A DNA stretch of 64,000 nucleotides from Myxococcota bacterium (lineage in GTDB: Bacteria; Myxococcota_A; UBA9160; SZUA-336). The position numbers were made by a program, and so were the translations under genes. Numbering within the stretch: position 1 is the first letter of the stretch; every line of letters begins with the position of its first letter. The stretch is taken from contig JBIOJK010000007.1 of the NCBI GenBank assembly GCA_044450765.1, positions 2,875 through 66,874 on the forward strand, in the 5' to 3' direction. Below, piece by piece: positions 60,923-64,000 of this stretch. Under the pieces are notes generated by a model. That model was given only the letters and a program-made list of their open reading frames with translations. It was not told where the DNA came from and made no database searches.

Positions 60923-61378
60923 ATGGAATTCACGCTTCGCCCGATCGGCTTCGTGCGCTCCTCGGCGACCGAGAAGGTCGACGAGAGCTGGGGCTCGGTC
61001 GAGTCCACGATCGAACTGTTGCCCGAGTATCGCCCCGGCCTGCGCGGCCTCGAGGAGTTCTCGCACGTCCTGGTGACTGCGTTTCTGCACGGAGCGAAGT
61101 TCGAGCCGGCGCGCCACCTGGTGCGCCGGCCGCGCGGCCAGGCCGACATGCCCGAGCTCGGCATCTTCGCGCAGCGCGCGAAGGACCGGCCCAACCCGCT
61201 CGGCATCACCGTCGTGCCGGTCGGCGCACTGACTCCCGAGGGCCTGCGCGTGCGCGGCCTGGATGCGATCGACGGCACCCCGATTCTCGACCTGAAGCCC
61301 TACTTCCCCCAGTTCGACTCCGCCCCCGGCGCGCGCGTGCCCGAGTGGGTGGGGAGGCTGATGCGGGGGTATTTCTGA
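60923..61378 (+). CDS. tRNA methyltransferase TrmO/TsaA family protein
   Basis: 151 aa. TsaA-like blocks RPNPLG and GTPILDLKPY. Confidence 0.7.
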   Translation: MEFTLRPIGFVRSSATEKVDESWGSVESTIELLPEYRPGLRGLEEFSHVLVTAFLHGAKFEPARHLVRRPRGQADMPELGIFAQRAKDRPNPLGITVVPVGALTPEGLRVRGLDAIDGTPILDLKPYFPQFDSAPGARVPEWVGRLMRGYF

Positions 61379-61398
61379 TTCGCAGCGGCGAGAGGGTC

Positions 61399-62424
61399 TC
61401 AGTGACTCTGCCGCGCGACCACCAGCGCGTCCGCGAAGCCGGGCGCGCTCAGTCCGGCGAGGAACCCGGCGAGGAACATCTTGCCGAAGGCGTAGAGCAC
61501 TTCCGGCGTTCCGACCTTCAGACGGCCCGCCTGGAGCGCGGCCACGAACTCGGCTGGGGTCAGCGCTTCGAGAGTCGAATCGGGCTCTCGGTTCGGATCT
61601 GCGGCGAACAGACGGAAGAGCACGCAGGCGAAGTACATGCGGGTGAGCTGCTGCATCAAGAAGAGCCGCGCATGCGTCGCGCGGTCGGGCTCGCGACCGA
61701 GCCAGCTGCGCAGAATGGCGTCCTGGAGCTCCGGAGTTCCCGCGAGCTCGTGTGTGACGACCGCGACGTCGGTGAGTGCGTCGTTGCTGCAAGACGTCTC
61801 CCAGTCGACGAGCCAGAGGCGCGTGCCGTCGAAGAGGATGTTGCGGGGATTCGGGTCATTGTGACTCGACACCAGCGCAGTGCCGTTCCACGGATACGCC
61901 TCGCGAATGCGCTCGAGCCCCGCGCGGTGCGGATCGAGCAGACCCGGCGCGAAAACACGCGAGCCAATCACGGACGACAGCATGCGGTCGAGAAGCTCCA
62001 GATAGCTGATCGGATGCGACGGGAAGCTGGTCTCGTCCTGCAGCCGGCGAATGAGCGCGCCCAGATCGCGCGCGAGCGCCGGCGGACCTCCCGGATACTC
62101 CTGCAGCGGCCGCTGAGTCACGAAGTCCATCAGCGCCACACCCTGCTGCGGGTCCGCGAAACGAAGCGGCGGCGCGATGCCCGCGTCCGCTGCAGCCTTC
62201 ATGCAGGGATAGTGATGCGGATTCTGGAGCGCGTTCAGGCCGGTCTCCAGGCGCAGAAGGTACGAGCGCGACCCTGCATCGACGCGATACGTCAGTGCGC
62301 CAGATGCGCCGCCGGCGGCCGGCCGGAGCGCAGTGACTTGCGCACCGCCCAGCGCGGCGCGGACCGCTGCCTTCGCGGCGTCACGCTGCCGTTCGGGAAC
62401 CCGGTCGAGGGGGTCTGGGCTCAC
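61399..62424 (-). CDS. Phosphotransferase (APH/choline-kinase-like) family protein
   Basis: HNDPNPRNILF catalytic loop and LVDWE. Confidence 0.7.
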   Translation of the reverse strand: MSPDPLDRVPERQRDAAKAAVRAALGGAQVTALRPAAGGASGALTYRVDAGSRSYLLRLETGLNALQNPHHYPCMKAAADAGIAPPLRFADPQQGVALMDFVTQRPLQEYPGGPPALARDLGALIRRLQDETSFPSHPISYLELLDRMLSSVIGSRVFAPGLLDPHRAGLERIREAYPWNGTALVSSHNDPNPRNILFDGTRLWLVDWETSCSNDALTDVAVVTHELAGTPELQDAILRSWLGREPDRATHARLFLMQQLTRMYFACVLFRLFAADPNREPDSTLEALTPAEFVAALQAGRLKVGTPEVLYAFGKMFLAGFLAGLSAPGFADALVVARQSH

Positions 62425-62485
62425 GGTGCGCCGGAGAAGCTACTCCAAGGCGCGCGAGTCGCGTAGGATCCTCGATCCGCGCGGG

Positions 62486-63046
62486 ATGGGCGCCTCCGGC
62501 GCGAGGCTGGCGAACTGCGCTCGTGTTTCGGATCGTTGGCGCGTGCCCGCCGGGCTTCGCCACGCGCTCGCGATCGCCATCCTTCCGGTGACGGTGACGA
62601 TCGTCGTCCCGATCTGGATCGGGCGGCGCTTCGGGACGTCGGTCTCGTTCCCGGACGCGTTCTTCGAGTCACTCTCGCTGGCGATCGGGCTCGTCTGTCT
62701 CGGGCTCGGAGCGGCTCTCTTCGCTGCTTGCTTGCGCCGCTTCGTCGGCGAGGGCGAGGGGACGCTCGCGCCGTGGGATCCGCCGCGCGCGCTCGTGCTG
62801 AATGGGCCGTACCGCTACGTGCGCAATCCGATGATCTCGGGGGTGATCGCGGTGCTGCTCGGCGAGGCGCTGTGTCTGCGCTCGCTGCCGCACTTCGCCT
62901 GGGCGCTCGTCTTCACCGCCATGAACCTGGTCTACATCCCGCTCATCGAGGAGCCGGGCCTCGAGCGGCGCTTCGGCGAGGCGTACCGCCGCTACTGCGA
63001 GAACGTGCCGCGCATCGTCCCGCGCGCGACGCCGTGGCAGGGCTAG
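62486..63046 (+). CDS. Isoprenylcysteine carboxyl methyltransferase (ICMT)/phospholipid methyltransferase family membrane protein
   Basis: 4-5 TM. C-terminal GPYRYVRNPMI...EE..LERRFGE.Y..Y signature. Confidence 0.7.
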   Translation: MGASGARLANCARVSDRWRVPAGLRHALAIAILPVTVTIVVPIWIGRRFGTSVSFPDAFFESLSLAIGLVCLGLGAALFAACLRRFVGEGEGTLAPWDPPRALVLNGPYRYVRNPMISGVIAVLLGEALCLRSLPHFAWALVFTAMNLVYIPLIEEPGLERRFGEAYRRYCENVPRIVPRATPWQG

Positions 63047-63056
63047 AGAGCGGCGC

Positions 63057-63989
63057 GTGAACGACCAGATCCTGGCACGGATCGAGCGCGAGCTGGGAGT
63101 CACCGGCCTGGCGGAGCGGCTGTCCGGCCGCATCCAGCAGGCGGACCTCCACTCACTCCTGCTCGAGGTGTTTCGCAAGCGGGCGGGCGAGCGCAGCCCG
63201 GCCGACGTGCTGGCGGACTACGCGGCGAACCGCCTCGTGCGCCCCTCGACCGCCGACCCGCGCGCGCTCGCGCGCTTCGACGCGGCGGCGTTCGCGGCGC
63301 TGCCGCGCGGGTTCGAGGCGATCGAGCTGTCGCCGGTCTCGCCGCTCGGCACGAGCTCGGTGCTGGCGACGGTGCATCAGGACAAGGCGCTGGCGTCGAT
63401 CCGCTCGGTCGAGGTGCTCTCCGACGCGACGAACGTGCTCGCGCTCGAGTGCGCGCTGCGCCGGCGCAAGTCGCGCGAGCCGGTGCACCTCGCGGCGAGT
63501 CACCGCCACCTGCGCACGCAGGCGTTCAGCGGGTCGCTCTCATTCGCGCACTTCCGGCTGTTCGCGCTGTGCAGCGCCGGGAGTGACTCGCGCGGCGTGC
63601 GCTTCCACCAGAGCGCTTGCGACGCGCATCTGCGCTTCTACGCGGAGCTCTTGCGCGCATTCGTGGGCCCGAGCGTCGCCCTGCGGGTCGCGCTGACCGA
63701 CCTCGACTCCGAAGCCCCGCGCGCCGCGCTGCGCTGGGACGACCCGCGCGTCGAGGTCGTCTTCGACCAGTCGCGCGCGTCCGGCCGCGGCTACTACACC
63801 GACGTGTGCTTCAAGATCCACGCGCGCGACCCGGGCGGAACCTGGCTCGAGCTCGGCGACGGCGGCGCGGTCGACTGGACGCGCAAGCTCCTCTCGAACG
63901 CGAAGGAGCGCCTGGTGATCAGCGGCATCTCGAGCGAGCGCATCTGCGCGCTCACGGGCGCGGCGGCAGGCGGCGCTCGAAGCGAGTGA
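63057..63989 (+). CDS. Hypothetical protein
   Basis: GTG start, 310 aa, coding-like. No domain recognised. Confidence 0.4.
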   Translation: MNDQILARIERELGVTGLAERLSGRIQQADLHSLLLEVFRKRAGERSPADVLADYAANRLVRPSTADPRALARFDAAAFAALPRGFEAIELSPVSPLGTSSVLATVHQDKALASIRSVEVLSDATNVLALECALRRRKSREPVHLAASHRHLRTQAFSGSLSFAHFRLFALCSAGSDSRGVRFHQSACDAHLRFYAELLRAFVGPSVALRVALTDLDSEAPRAALRWDDPRVEVVFDQSRASGRGYYTDVCFKIHARDPGGTWLELGDGGAVDWTRKLLSNAKERLVISGISSERICALTGAAAGGARSE

Positions 63990-64000
63990 GCCGCACGCGA

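Overview
High-GC (~70%) bacterial chromosomal window densely packed with about 70 protein-coding genes on both strands. No rRNA, tRNA, CRISPR array, transposase, integrase or phage gene was recognised. Gene content is accessory-like and dominated by detoxification, transport and aromatic catabolism. It includes at least seven MFS transporters and one EamA transporter, an ABC-2 exporter operon with an FAD-dependent oxidoreductase, three glutathione S-transferases, a GFA family protein, a VOC/glyoxalase, a TauD/TfdA dioxygenase, a PhyH dioxygenase and two LLM flavin/F420 oxidoreductases. An aerobic benzoyl-CoA (box) module is present as benzoate-CoA ligase, boxC and boxB, with no adjacent boxA. 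A CpxP/CpxR/CpxA-like envelope-stress two-component cassette carries a candidate CpxR box upstream. A long (414 aa) ECF-type sigma factor lies near an operon of three tandem double-DGPF (YciI-like) proteins with a GST and a thioesterase. A clear homolog of the plasmanylethanolamine desaturase CarF/PEDS1 (TMEM189) is coupled to a sterol-desaturase/fatty-acid-hydroxylase family gene. Two PEP-CTERM proteins are present, one with a CHRD domain. PEP-CTERM, CarF and the GC content suggest a myxobacterium-like deltaproteobacterium, but the organism is not certain. The most striking sequence-level signal is a short near-palindromic motif, GAGTSACTC (often CGAGTSACTCG), scattered through coding and non-coding DNA on both strands at roughly one partial copy per 1-1.5 kb. 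It is embedded in ORFs using otherwise rare TCA/ACT/AGT codons, reminiscent of highly iterated palindromes such as cyanobacterial HIP1. Many gene junctions show 4-bp GTGA/ATGA/TTGA start-stop overlaps with GTG/TTG starts, consistent with compact translationally coupled operons. Start coordinates were refined by reading the sequence, and several remain approximate.
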